From: Octopus sinensis
Taxonomy: Eukaryota
Assembly (NCBI RefSeq): GCF_006345805.1
Contig: NC_043002.1
Location: 65,472,001 to 65,536,000 of the forward strand
DNA: 64,000 nt
Direction: 5' to 3'
The position numbers and the translations under genes were made by a program. Positions 39,770 through 53,073 of this stretch are shown here, piece after piece (positions within the stretch are counted from its first letter, which is position 1; every line of letters starts with the position of its first letter). Below the pieces are notes generated by a model, which saw only the letters and a list, made by a program, of their open reading frames with translations, did no database searches and was not told the origin of the DNA.

Positions 39770-41280
39770 TAAGTATGTATGTGTGTGGATGTGTGAGTGT
39801 GTCTGTGTGTATGTCTGGGTGTCAGTGTGTCCGATGAATGTATGTGAGTATGTGTGTATATATGTGTGTGCATAGATGTATGTCCGTGTGTGTGTGTATG
39901 TGTATGAGTGTGTATGTATGTACGTGTGGGTGTGTGGAAGTGTGTGTATGTGCATGTGTGTGCGCGTACATACAGGTGTGTGAGTGAGTGTGTGTGTGTG
40001 TATGTATGTGTGAGTGTGTATGTATGTGTGTGTAGGATGCATGTATGTGTATGGGTGTATGTATGTGTGTGTGTATGTATGTATGTGTACGTGCGTGTGT
40101 GTGTGTATGCGTGTAGGTGTGCGCGTGTGCATGCATGCATGTGCGTATGTGTGTGTGTGTGCATGTGTGTGGGTATATATGAATGTGCGTATATGTGTGT
40201 GTATGTGCGTACATGTGTGTGTGTGTATGCATGTGTGTGTATGTAGGTGTGTAGGCGTGTGTGTATGTAAGTATGTATGGGTGTGTCCGTGTATGTGTGT
40301 GTATGTATGTGTGTGTATGTATGTGTGTGTATGCAGGTGTGTGGGCGTGTGTATATGTGTGTGTATGTAGGTGTGTGGGCGTGTGTATATGTGTGTGTAT
40401 GTAGGTGTGTGGGCGTGTGTATATAGGTGTATGTATGTATGTCTGGGTGTGTCCGTGCATGTTTGTGTGTGTGTGTGTATGCATGTGTATGTAGGTGTGT
40501 GTGTACGTGTGTAATGTATGTGTGTATGCGTGTGTGTGCGTGTGTATGCGTGCGTGTGTGTATGTAGGTGCGTGTGTATGTGTGTGGGAGTGTAGGTGTG
40601 TGTGCGTGTGCGTGTTTATGTTGGTGTGTGCGTATGTGAGTGTGAGTGTATGGGTGTTTGTCATGCATGTGTGTGCGCGTGCGGGTGAGTGTGTGTGTAA
40701 GTATGTGTGTGTGTATGTTTGTGTGAGTGTGTATGTGTGTATGTCTGTGTGTATGTATGTGCGTATAGGAGTATGTAGGTATGTGTGTGTGTATGTTTAT
40801 GGGTGTATGTATGTATGTGTGTGTGTGCATGTGTATAAGTATATGTGTGTGTACGTATGTGTGTGTATGTGTATGTGTGTGTGTTTATGTATGTGTGTAT
40901 GTATGTGTGTAGGCGTGTGTGTGTAGATATATGTATGTATGGGTGTGTGTCTCTGTGTGTTTGTGTGTGTGTGTAGGTAGGTGTGTGTGTCTGAGTGAGG
41001 GTATGGCTGTGTAGGTGTGTGTGTGTATGAATGTAAGTGTGTGTGTACAAGTGTAATGTATGTATGTAGGTGTGTGTGTGTGTATGTGTACGTGTGCGTG
41101 TGTATGTGTGTGTGTGTATGCGTGTGAGTGTGAGTGTATGGGTGTATGTCTGTGTGTGTGTATGTATGTATGTGTGTGTGTGTGAGGGTATGTGTGTGTG
41201 TGTGTATGTGTGTGTGTGAGTAGGTGTGCGTGTATGTATGTGGGTAGGGATGCATGCGAGTGTGTGGGTATGTATGCATA
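39770..41280. repeat. Long degenerate (TG)/(TATG) array
   Basis: G+T strand bias; internal ~34 bp unit GGTGTGTGGGCGTGTGTATATGTGTGTGTATGTA repeated near 40336-40425. Confidence 0.9.
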
Positions 41281-41547
41281 CATACGCACGCGCACATCCG
41301 AAGCAAGCCCACACACACGAAGCGCGCTCACGCACACAACGCACAAGCAGTACAACGCAAGCCCAAGGGGCCGACCAAGCCCCCAGCGCGCGCCAAGGCG
41401 CGCGAGCGCAAAGGCCCTCGAACGCCCCGTTACGCGGGAACCGAGGATCCATCGGCCAAAACCGGAAAGCAGAAAAGAGGGGGGGCTGCCTGGATGCAAA
41501 AAGGTGTATGTGTGTGTGCATTCAGATATATATATATATTTATACAC

Positions 41548-41590
<43 letters not shown>

Positions 41591-41870
41591 AGTATGTATG
41601 TATAAATATAAATATATATACACACACATATGTGCTCACATATAATCATACTCGTCCCATATAACGTAGGGTTCACGGGATAAATAATGTCTGCAGAATT
41701 AAGGTGTTTCTTTTGTTATGATTCGAAATAATTGGTCATATCAGCTTTCTTCTACAACAGTTACAGATCAAGTAGGTTGTGTAATGTACATAATGTGTAA
41801 TGTATATAAGGGGTGCGTGTACTTTTTTACATGTCCATATGTACGATTTGAATGTTTGTATGCGTGTATT

Positions 41871-41911
<41 letters not shown>

Positions 41912-41985
41912 CATTTCTAATTGTACATACATCCACATACAGTGGTGCGTGGGTTTCCATATAATACACACACACACACACACAT

Positions 41986-42076
<91 letters not shown>

Positions 42077-42114
42077 ATATACTTTATTTAAAGCAGCAGA
42101 AAATTCAACAAAAT

Positions 42115-42152
42115 CTGTTACTCTGAGTTTCTCGTTGCCGTTCATCAGACAG
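42115..42152 (-). ncRNA. Type I hammerhead ribozyme, canonical core
   Basis: CTGT-CTGATGA-ACGGCAACGA-GAAA-CTCAGAG-TA-ACAG; stem I CTGT/ACAG, stem II CG-GCAA-CG, GUA cleavage triplet. Confidence 0.8.
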
Positions 42153-43311
42153 TTTTTGCTATAATGGAACCGATATATCAATTCAATCCAGACTCTTACA
42201 AACGCTACACCTTTAAAAAAATGGACTTGTTTGATTGGCCCTTTAGAAATAACGGTCAATCTTCGAGCGATAAACAAAAAATGCGCTCAAAAATATATGT
42301 ATATATATATTAAAAAATTATAAAAATTATAAAATTCGAGGAAAAAACCTTACATTGAATAAAATACATATTGACGTTAATGAAGAAAATATAATTAATG
42401 CATGGAAATAAAACGCATTATAAATATTACACTGCAATACATATTCATATTAAAGTGTACACATATATATATCAACATACACAGAAGGATGCGTGCAAAC
42501 GCCATACATATACAGACGTATAAATATAAATCTAAAATATACACACAAATGCATGCATACATATATGTACGCAATCTATCTCGCACGCAAGTCAAAATCA
42601 TCGATGCTAATGTAGCGTTTCTTATTTACGGAGTAAAGGTTAAGTAAGGGGGACGTAAAGTTGTATGGACCAGTATCAGTTAGAGAGAAAAAAACGAAAG
42701 AAAGGAAGAGAGAGAAAAAGGAACGAAGAAGGGGGAAGGAAAAAAGGAAAAGGAGGGGTGGGGAAAAAAACGAAATAAGAAAAATTATGTATACAAGCTG
42801 TGTAACCGCGTTATTGACATATATGGAGACAAGTATACAAATACACAAGTTCGAATGGATACATACACATACAGTCGTGTATGTGTGTGCTTAAGCACAA
42901 ACATACGCTCACTTACACATACACAGAGACGCATGCTTACAAATACATATCCATGGCTATACACATACTTACATCAAAATTCTAATTTTGACAACATTGC
43001 TTTTTAAAAAAAGGCGAGTGCAATAATGAAAAATATACGAAAGACATAAAATATAACACCCTATTTTGGATCATCAATAAATTAAAAATCAAGGTAATCC
43101 TATACAATACAATAACATGAAATAAACAAAGCCGAAGGTTTTTTCCTAATGTATATGTAGAAATTTAAACAAAATAAACAAAATATATGCATGAGACTTT
43201 GCTATACGGAATGAAATCTGCATAGCGCGAAAAAAATCCATCGTCGCGTTTACATACTAGTCCAAGAGTCAAAATCAAAATTTCAAAAATCAAAAATACA
43301 AAATATATACT

Positions 43312-45211
43312 CTATCCATATGGTATATTTATATTTGACATTTTAAATTTGGTTGCGTGTCTACATAAGTTCATTAGCTCACTTCTTTGATTCAAAGAAT
43401 TATGGTCTTTGAATAAAATATACAGTTTCTCTAATAGGCAAAGCTTGCATTTAAAATTATTTCTGTGTGCTCCATGCCTGTATGGTGCCGCTCTGTCCAG
43501 AATGCTCCATGTCACGTTGAAAGGTGGGGTTTCCTTTTCTTTTAGTTCCCAGACATATTTTGCTAGGCTGGTCCTCTTCCTATTCTCTGGGTATCTAAAT
43601 GAATTTTTATGTGAATAAAATCGTGTTTTAAATGAATTTTCTGAAGCCCCTGTATATGTCTTGTATTCCGATGAGCCTTCTATTTGCACCTTGGCTCTAT
43701 AAACTACTCCTTTCACTAGACATTTCCCTTCTAACGGACAGGAGTTTTCGTTTTTGAAATTGCATTTCTTAATGGGCTCGGCACCATGTCTAATCTCAAT
43801 AAGATTCCTATTATGCTGGCTAATGTAAGAGGCGAACTTTCTGCAACAAGAATAGCTAACCTTCAGGGTTCTTCTATTAAATATCCTATAGAATTTATGG
43901 CCCTGCTTAAAATGCTTAGAGACTAATCTCAAAAATTCCTTACCTATATTAGTCTTTACGGCCAAATTGAAAGCTGGGTTGAACCACAAAACTTTCCTGG
44001 TCCTAGTTCTTCGTGCAGCATTATTATCAGCATTAAGCTGGCTGTATTGGATCTTCTCAGAGAATCCACTATTCTTTAATGCGCTATCGTAATAAGGTGC
44101 AGCATTATGGAATGCTGTCTCGTCCGAAGAAATTGAAGATATTCTTCTACCTACATTGCTGACTAAGTTCCTAAGAATAACTGGTGGATGGTTCGAATCT
44201 TTGCTAATATACGACAGCTTTTCATTGGGCTTACGGAAAGGTTTAAATCTATCCGACCTTACATTAACATTTACGTCTAAAAAATCTACACTATTCAGGT
44301 TAGCATCTATTATAATCCGTAAGCCCATCCTTTGAAAGAAAGCAATAAGGTCCTTCCTAAGTCTATCTGATTCATGGCCGTTTAGATTATGCGTGGCTAT
44401 AAGGCCGTTTTCCCTATATAAACCTGCATCTATAAATGGGAATTCTATTTTTAGATTATGGAGAATAAAGGCTCCTATGAGCATACATAACTCAGCCCCG
44501 TCGTATGCCCCCATCGGTACATCGAAAAGAGAATCCTCAGTCTTCTTAGTCCAGGTGGAATCCTCGAAAAAAAGAAGCGATTTCCTCGCATGCGATTTCC
44601 TCGCATGCATCCGAGCTATCGATGCTGACATACTGCTTGGCGAAGTCCAATGCCCTTAGGAGCAACGTCCTAGATATTGACGGGTAAAAGTGAATAATGT
44701 CGAATTGTGTGAAACTACAATTATTCTTATAGCTAATACCTTTAAACCGCTCTATGACTGACTTACTATTCTTCCAAATTCTCAAGTCTACTTCACTATC
44801 TAACTTAGCTAAAATACGGTCCAAAATATTTTTGCTAATAATTCCTATCGCAGTTTTAGCCGGATTTATCAATCTACATTTGGGGTTTCTATTAAAATTG
44901 GCTTTATGGTCTTTTAGAGTAATAAAAGCTGGTCGTGGTGAAAGATATTCAATCCTATCGCTAATCTTAAGATCGTTAGCTATTCCTCTTGCTTCTAAGT
45001 TCACCTCTTTGTATATATTCGTGTTATCTTTTTTGTATGTATCTGTGACACTATTCGAAATCAGGCGCTTATAAACGTCCTTATCAAGTGCATATAAGTT
45101 CCTTGTCTTATCAGAATTAACGAAGATCTTATTCGAGTTGTTAATCTCCTTAATTTTTTCTCTCATATTTCTCTGTAATTGGTTGGTATATTTGCGGAAT
45201 TTAATTTTCCT
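43312..45211 (-). pseudogene. PLE RT + GIY-YIG endonuclease; one frameshift near 44.6 kb; catalytic YRDD reads YREN
   Basis: SDKTRNLY, AFITLKDHK, CRLINPAK, QFDIIHFYPSI, FDVPMGAYDGAELC, LYRENGL, VDFLDV, SNHPP, WFNP, CNFKNENSCPLEGKC, VVYRAKV..YTGASENSFKTRFYSH, CKLCLLEK, LNQRSEL..CRH. Confidence 0.92.
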
Positions 45212-47589
45212 AATATATATATATTTATGTATGTAAGTATGAATGTATGTATGTATATAGATAGATAGATAAATATGTATAAATGTATGTACATGTATGT
45301 GTGTGTAAAAAATGAAGAATTATGAATGTTTAATCAGATTACTCACGTTTCCGATAGACTTGGATTATCCAAAATTCTGCGATGCAGCAATGATGCATTT
45401 TATTTGATCCCATATTTGTTCAACTAAGATTCTATAGAAATAGAGTAATTTAACACCATCCTATCCTTATCAAAGTTATACCAAGCTGCTTAAAATAGAG
45501 ATAATTTTAAATGAGATTGGTAGTAGCAAAACTAATAATATTTGACCAATGCAAGGGGCAAGATAGGTATTTCAACACACCTACTTAACAATTGTAATTA
45601 TCAGATCGTGCTATAATTGCAATATGATACCTTGTGTTTCAATTCCATCTGTCAACTTGAAAGTGTTTATGGCAAAAATCCTACCCAATTTGAACTATTA
45701 CTGACCAGTTTGAATGCACACAAGAACTATGTGCAACCACGTAATCGTGCAGTTAATTATCTAAGCCACGAAGGAAATTCTATTTGATCTGTATTAATTC
45801 TAAATATAAGCTATGCGAAAAGGCAGGTAGAGTTAATACAAATTCTAAAGGAAAATAACCAATATATTATGCGCTGTGATGACGATGAATTCTGCTCGTT
45901 CGGAAGCCTCAGCATAGTTCATAGATCGAGACACACTGTGTATGTGATGTCGAGAGCGTATGTGCATTGCAAGCTTATACCCGCTTTGTATACAAACGTT
46001 TTTGTATGATTCTAGTCTTTTACTTTAGCCATAGAATTGGACAAATTGGACATTGTCGAAGTATACCTGATATTTACCATTGATTATTGTTTCTGATGTT
46101 GTGCCGTCTGGTTCCCTGTTTCATTGTGTCCTTAAGCTATAGTAGTGATGTTATTTGTGCTAGCGATGCTTTTATGCTTCTTATGCTATTGCTATCGTCG
46201 CTTATGTTAAAATCATGGCATCATTAATCGTTCTGTAGCTATTCTCCATTATAATCACCATGGAAACGTCAGAATAACGGTAATAAATACAGGAAGATAA
46301 AGATGTCATAGAAACTATATAAATGCATTGAAAATGATTAGGTTGAAAAAATTTATGAATTTTATTTAATCTCTGAATGTCGACGTAGAAGCAGAATAAA
46401 TAGAGACAAGTATAGATTCCTAACAGTTCTGAAATTTTCCCATTAAGAAGTACAAAATATCAACGAAAAAAATCGTAATAGCCTTAAATTCAGAATACCC
46501 GTGTGTAATTGATATGACACTTTATTTTTTGTGTATTTAATTCAAAAACATAAGTTACGACGTACAAGTGTTTGCACTATTCGCCTGCTTACCGCCATGT
46601 ATAAACCCGGAAAAAGAGATGAATAAAGCCAAAGTTTATGAAAAACTATATAAACAAAGGTTGTATCCATTTAAAAGAATATGAATATTTTGAATTTAAT
46701 GTATAGCATATAAGAAAAATGAATCATGCAAAATTTCTGCATCGCCAGAAACAGAATAATTCAGTACCCGATCAAAATTATGGTTTCTAAATAAAGGAGT
46801 GCATATTTACTCTTAAAAACCTTCAAATAAAATAAAGATGCATAAATGGAAGCCAGAGCATTCGTTTCCAAACTGCATGCATATTTTAAAAGCTAGAAAG
46901 AACTAAAGAACTTTCTATCCCCCACGGAAAGAAAAAGGAAACAGCTAATTTGAAAAGATAGAAATATAAAGCTAAAACATGACATAGAAATAGGATGAAA
47001 AATAAATAAATAAAGTGAAATAAAACATGTAATAAAAATTCAAATGATAAGCTAAAAATATTTCCACAACACGAATAACTAATTCAGAATAATAAATATT
47101 GAGAATGTAAACCATGAAGATAGAACTAGCATATGCAAAACAAGAAAATATCTAAAAATAAAGAAACAAATCGAAATCAAGTTCTAGCGAACTAGCAGAA
47201 TACAAGCATCAGAAAATAAAACAACGAAAATATACATAGAAATAAACAGAAGAAAGATTTAGAAAATAGAAAATTTAAAATATGGATATTTTGAAAACGG
47301 CAATAATCTGAAGGTGGAAAGAGCTAACAGATTAAAATCAATGGAAGATTAAATGTCTAAATGTCTGAGTTGAGTTGTCGTTAATAAGATTAAATAGAAT
47401 TTTATGAACTATTAAATATATTTTTAAATATAGGCCAAGACAATTTATTTCTAAAGCTCGTGAAACCAGGTTTCATTTCTGCGTAGCACTCCAAACGAAT
47501 GTTTTATATAATAGTTTCGTATGCTACATAGAAACTGTTCGGAAACCCGTCTCTCATACACATATAAATATATATATATACAAATATAT

Positions 47590-47657
<68 letters not shown>

Positions 47658-47691
47658 CATAGATACATACATACATATATATATTATATAT

Positions 47692-47728
<37 letters not shown>

Positions 47729-47819
47729 TATACAGATTAGATGATAAGTAGCTCGCTTACCAAACGACATAATTCCGGGTTCCGGGTTCAGTCCTCACCA
47801 CAATATGGGCAAATATACC

Positions 47820-48300
47820 TCAGTCAACAAATTAACGAATGCGCAGAACGATTATGACCGCAAATCCAAATTTTCCCATTTTATCAATTTCCCTCCTAGA
47901 CTTCAACACAAGTAAGACTGAATAAAGAAGCCTCATTTATCTAAAAATATAAATCAGAATGAAATAGGCACCCATATAATAAAGGACTTACCTCATATAA
48001 TGGAACATGTAAGCCAGAATATAGTAGACAACACACACACAAAAAATTTTAATTACAGATTTACTTCCCCTTTACTGCAAAATAAATGAGTGAACAATTA
48101 TCTCCCCTAGCTATACTTTTTCCCAAGTAATTTGTCTCTTTCAACTCTCAGTTTGATGAGGAATGCGAAACTGGGCCTTAATTTAATAATGTTGAAAGAA
48201 CAGAAGCTTATTTTGTAAATAATTTTATATTTATTATCATGGCTCGAATATACTCTTAAATCCTGTTAGAAAAAGAAAAAACTTGCGTTTTTCATCATTT
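47820..48300 (+). mobile_element. Old 3' fragment of a PLE related to the 10.7-17.9 kb family, with degenerate HHR (~48153-48176)
   Basis: TTCCCATTTTATCAA..TCAACACAAGTAAGACTGAATAAAGAA (FPFYQ..STQVRLNKE); TTGATGA-GGAATGC-GAAA-CTGG. Confidence 0.7.
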
Positions 48301-48347
48301 TTCTTTCTCTCTCTCTCTCTCTCTCTTTATATATATATATATATACT

Positions 48348-48638
48348 ACGTGATCAAGTGATTGACCAGACTCTCGGATGCTGTTATACATCGCTGGTCA
48401 AAATACGCTTTGCATCGTTTTAGCTCCCGAGTGATACCACCCCACCAGTGGTGCAGACCAACATTCCCTCTGACCGGAATGCTACTCTGACGCAAGATTT
48501 CCCATTTGCGTCTGAGTAAACTGGAGCCACATGAAATTAAAGGTTTTCATCGAATCCACAACGAGCGCACTGTCCGAGGATTGAAATCATGATCTAATGA
48601 TCGTGAGTGCAACAGTCCTGAGTACGAGGCCACGCGCC
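48348..48638 (-). mobile_element. tRNA-derived SINE (degenerate)
   Basis: Minus-strand head GGCGCGTGGCCT..TTGCACTCACGATC..TTTCAATCCTCGGAC. Confidence 0.65.
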
Positions 48639-48829
48639 TACACACGCACACGCACTCACACACACTTACACACCACTACTACCATCACCACACCATACAC
48701 ACATATCATACACACATATCATACATACATACATACATACATACATACATACATACATACATACATACATACATACATGTACGCATGCATCTTTCCAAAT
48801 TTCAGTCGGATTGATCTGACTGTAGTGAA

Positions 48830-49010
48830 AGTATGTAGCCCAATGCTTAAGAGTTTGCACTCACGATCACAAGACCACGCATTCGGTTCCCGGACCAAAC
48901 GCTGTGTTGTGATCTTGAGCAAAAACATTTAATTCCACGTTGCTCCTGTCTCCTCAGCAGTAAAATGAATAACTCTGCAACGGACCGGTGATCTGTTAAG
49001 GATTAATGTT
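48830..49010 (+). mobile_element. tRNA-derived SINE (degenerate)
   Basis: GTAGCCCAATGCTTAAG..TTGCACTCACGATC..TTCGGTTCCCGGAC..TCTTGAGCAA. Confidence 0.6.
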
Positions 49011-50257
49011 CTGGTCCCGGTCATACGTTATGGAAACAGTGTAACCCCTCCAATGAATCCTTACTGTCTTTGATTTCATCCACAAATGTCAATATACTTA
49101 GCATAAAGCGTGTAAGAAATACTCCTTGGTGGGGCTCTCTTGTGCTTTGTTGAGCCGTAAATGTTGTTGGTTGTTAGTACAATATCCGGCTCTGAAGAAT
49201 GCGGCTAGACTTCGTGATGCAGTTTAGAACAAGTCGAGGATGTGCATTGCCCACGAGAGTTCCTTATGTATGGCCAAGCTTAGTATTTGCCTAGTATGAT
49301 GCCTTGCATGCTATCAAGTTTAATGTGGTAAATAATATTTCTTCGTTGTGTACGGTGGCTTGGTCATTGTGTAGTTAAACGCTGTGTTTTTCGTATAAAA
49401 CCATTGATGGCACTTTACTAGGTCTTTATTTCTGAATACTGTGCTGATTTGGTGTGAAGTAACAATGCTGCATGTTAACAAGACTTGAGTGCAGAAGTTC
49501 AGGAAGGGATGGGAGATTTTATCGTATACATGTAAAGGGGTGGAAGCTCTGAGAAGCAAAAAAAAAATTAAACAACTAGGCCTTTTAAAGTATATGAGAA
49601 TGAAAAGGGAAGCAAACGCGAACACGTGGACACACCAAATTGATCAACTGTGAGTTAGTGAGAGCTCCATCACCACAGTCTGAGGTGGTGCAATCTGAGA
49701 GATAATCACCAATTCAAGAAATGGAATACACATAATGCCTATAGCAAGGCAATTTTGCGAGGACACTGTCTGGTATAGATCTTCGCTTCATCGCGAAGAA
49801 CGTGCTACTTTGGAATACACATCAATTTTTCCATAAAATAAACATTTCTTTCACAATCTAAACTGTTTTATGAATAACGTTTTTTTAAATAATTCTACAG
49901 AGGCTTATAAAATGGATCACCACGGGCAAAATGTTAAAAAAGTCAACTGCTACAACGGAACAATCGGAAGACGAATAACAGACCAGATATTACAAAACAA
50001 GGATATTTGAAAAGCACGCGGAAATGACATATTTCAAAATTCGATGCTAAAGTGTTTTCGATTTCACAAAGGCCAACAGATAAAAGACAGGAACCCAGGT
50101 AACAGACAGCTGTTCAGATGCTAGAGTTACAATAACAGAAATTATTCTAATATTGAAATATCAGAATCTAAGCTAAAAATAAATTCACAAAATATCATGC
50201 AAAGATACAGCAGTAAATGAGACTCTAATTCATAGAGAAAGAAAGCGGTATATTTAA

Positions 50258-50360
50258 GGAGCAGGTAACCAGCTTGCTTCCCAGCCACATGGGTCCGGGT
50301 TCAGTCCCATTGCGTGGCACCTTGGGCAAGTGTCTTCTACTACAGCCTCGGGCCGACCTT
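50258..50360 (+). mobile_element. SINE family B, 5' fragment
   Basis: GGGTTCAGTCCCATTGCGTGGCACCTTGGGCAAGTGTCTTCTAC. Confidence 0.8.
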
Positions 50361-51190
50361 GCTTGTTTCTCAAGGTTATGACTGAAAAATATAGAGAGAC
50401 ATTGTTTGAGCAAAAAATAACCTCGGGGCACATTCTACATACAAGATTTAGTCAGTTTCTATTTGTTCTTTTATTTCTTTCAATCATACCAAGAGAGATG
50501 CATAAACACACACGCAGACCATAATTATATGGAATTATATGTAAGCGAATCCAAGAAGTTGCGAAGCGAACAACTTGACAATTCTGCCGCATTGCGACTC
50601 AATTACACCAAGAAATAATGTTGATATTATCTCCCTTGTTTATTAATTTCCAGAGAACTACTTAGAAGGAAGAAAATATTAACTGATAAGTCAAATGCAT
50701 CATGATAAAACACATAGCACCCCATATACGAAAACAAAAATGTATGTATGTATGTATGTATGACGAGTTACACGTCGAAAACACTTTATGCATGTACATA
50801 CATTAAGCAATCTGCAAATACTTCCACGCTTTAACAGCAGATTCCATAAATATAAATGACATGACAATAGCACTGTTGGAGATATCTATAGAGATGGGTG
50901 AAGACATTATAAGAAACCGCTTTTGTGTCGTATTTTAAGAATGGAAAGAAAAGCTATGCACAATAGTAGACAGCTTGTTCTGTCTCATTACAAGTATCCC
51001 GTGAAAGCAGTAAAAAATGATCGAAATCTATGAACATCGAATTCTAATTAATCAATTTGGGTTTTATGGACGTAAGATCAGTATCAGGAGTAAGTTATGC
51101 AGTTGCTACAATAAAAAAACGAAATAAATATAAAAATACACTCCAAAACATATATCGCAAGTTTACGAGTAATTCTCCACAAGAGTTGTA

Positions 51191-51419
51191 CTGTAATCCC
51201 TCGACTATCGCAGGTGTTATGTTCCAAACCCCGATCGGTGAAAATCCGTGAAGTACAAACTATACTGTACAGTATTTTTTTTATTACTTTTATAAATTGT
51301 ATATATTTGTTTTATTATAAATGCAAAACAACACCACGTTGGAATCGACGTAAACTTAAATGATAAACCGCGATAGGTGAACCACGATAAGTGAACTACG
51401 ATATGTCAAGTCATTGCTG
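51191..51419. mobile_element. pogo/Tigger-like MITE (same family as 34960)
   Basis: TA-CTGTAATCCCTCGACTATCGC..CCGCGATAGGTGAACC..TTGCTG-TA. Confidence 0.8.
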
Positions 51420-51828
51420 TAGGGGTTAATACAAGCATTCAACCACGAGAGTTTTCAATTTAATGTGAGTCTCAGTATTTTCAGACGAAAGAAGACCATG
51501 AAAAAAATGACAGCAAAAAGAAAGCCTTCACAAAAGCAAATTTGAATGGGGACAAAAGGCGATGGCTGAGGGCCTCATAAAAGCAGAAGGACATTGGATA
51601 GCGTACCAAACAACACTGTGGAAATACTGAAAATATGCAAAAATAATAAAGAAAAAGAACGAAGCAGAAAAGGAGGCGGAGAAATGTGATGGATGGTATT
51701 CATGACGATATTTATATGCCAACCGCGATATCTTTAATTGGATCAAGACAAATTTATTGACCAACCCATAGCGACTCGAGCGGAAACCAATATATTATTA
51801 GTACATATTCGTTGCTTCTCCGCCTGTA

Positions 51829-52035
51829 TTAGGTTGGTGCATAATTATTGCGGCTTTTTCAATAAATTTTATTCAGCAAAAACAGTAACAACATCTTTAA
51901 ATTATTATTCCGGAGCATATTCACCATCTACTTCAATTTCTGCTTGGCGTTCTGTTTAAATCGGCGTTCTGTTAAAACGTTTTTGTTGAATAAATTTTAT
52001 AAAGAAAAAGCCGAAATAATTATGTACCAACCCAA
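51829..52035. mobile_element. Mariner-derived MITE with ~55 bp TIRs
   Basis: TTAGGTTGGTGCATAATTATTGCGGCTTTTTC..ATAAATTTTATTCAGCAAAAAC pairs with GTTTTTGTTGAATAAATTTTAT..GAAAAAGCCGAAATAATTATGTACCAACCCAA. Confidence 0.85.
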
Positions 52036-52124
52036 TTTAACTCTAAGATTGCCCTCATTCAGCAGATTTTAGTTTATAATAATTTATACTGTCCTTACGC
52101 AGTTCGTATTCACTTCGAGCTAAA

Positions 52125-52310
52125 AGTTTAGCAGCATTTCATCCGTCCTTGCGTTTTTGAGTTCAAATTCCGTGGAAGACGACTTTGCTTTACATCCTCT
52201 CGGGATCGATAAAATAAGTATCAGATGAACACTGAGATCGATGTAATCGACTTATCCTTTCCCTCAAAACTGCTGCCCTTGTGGCAAAATTTGAAATCTT
52301 TATTACTACA
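52125..52310 (+). mobile_element. SINE family A
   Basis: Homologous to 3868-4075. Confidence 0.8.
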
Positions 52311-52836
52311 TCTAATGCATTTTACTTTTCTTTACTTAAAAGAAAATGGTGTGACTTGAAAGTGAATTGCCTCCTATGTGTAACAAGTCGAGCGACGATT
52401 TTGAGAATTCCTCGTTCTACGTCTTTTGTTAACCTTATCGGCCTAGCTACAATGAAAATCAAAATCTTGGCAGAGTTTGCATCCAAATGTAAACGACATC
52501 GCATTGTGTTTTATTCATTGTAGCTTTCTACTTTTTAATACAATGTATATGTGAAAATTTGTAAGATTTTATCGTGTAAGCAAATCTAGCTAAAAGACGT
52601 AGAAAAGAAATCAAATTAAACTTGAAGTGAGCTCAAGTACTCTTACTTTCCCCAATCATTGAGCCAAAGAAGAAACTGTCAAATGTCAGGTGATGTTAAG
52701 TTGAAACAATCACAGAACTTTAGAACCGAATTGGTTTTAACTATCTGACATTTTGAAATTCTTTCAAACAGAAACTACCATACAAGAGTATATAAGCAAA
52801 ATAATACCTACAATAACAATGCTGGAAGTAACAATC

Positions 52837-52883
<47 letters not shown>

Positions 52884-52997
52884 TACAGGAGTAACAACAA
52901 CAGCAACAACAAGAACAACAACAACAACAACAATAACAATAATAACAATAATAATAATAATAATAATAATAACAATAATAATAATAACAACAACAAC

Positions 52998-53065
<68 letters not shown>

Positions 53066-53073
53066 TGATAATA

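Larger units (their letters stand above)
38905..41525 (-). mobile_element. Probable corrupted PLE derivative with internal 1.5 kb (CA)-rich array
   Basis: HHR-like motif near the 3' end; 3' tail resembles the 29445/53420 family (TTCCTGAGCG..TAATAC..TTGTT); two GC-rich islands; (TA)n flanks. Confidence 0.5.
42082..45212 (-). mobile_element. 5'-truncated Penelope-like element (Nematis-type) with ~1.2 kb 3' UTR, in (TA)n
   Basis: RT + GIY-YIG ORFs, terminal HHR, (TA)n on both sides. Confidence 0.9.

Noticed and set aside
45330-45930. Possible older PLE remnants with HHR-like words (GGAAACGTGAGTA on minus; GTGATGACGA..TCGTTCGGAAG on plus)
   Set aside because: Cores incomplete and no convincing stem I
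46250-47400. A-rich, strand-biased stretch resembling a decayed retroelement ORF (similar bias on minus at 54240-55370)
   Set aside because: No diagnostic motif recoverable by eye
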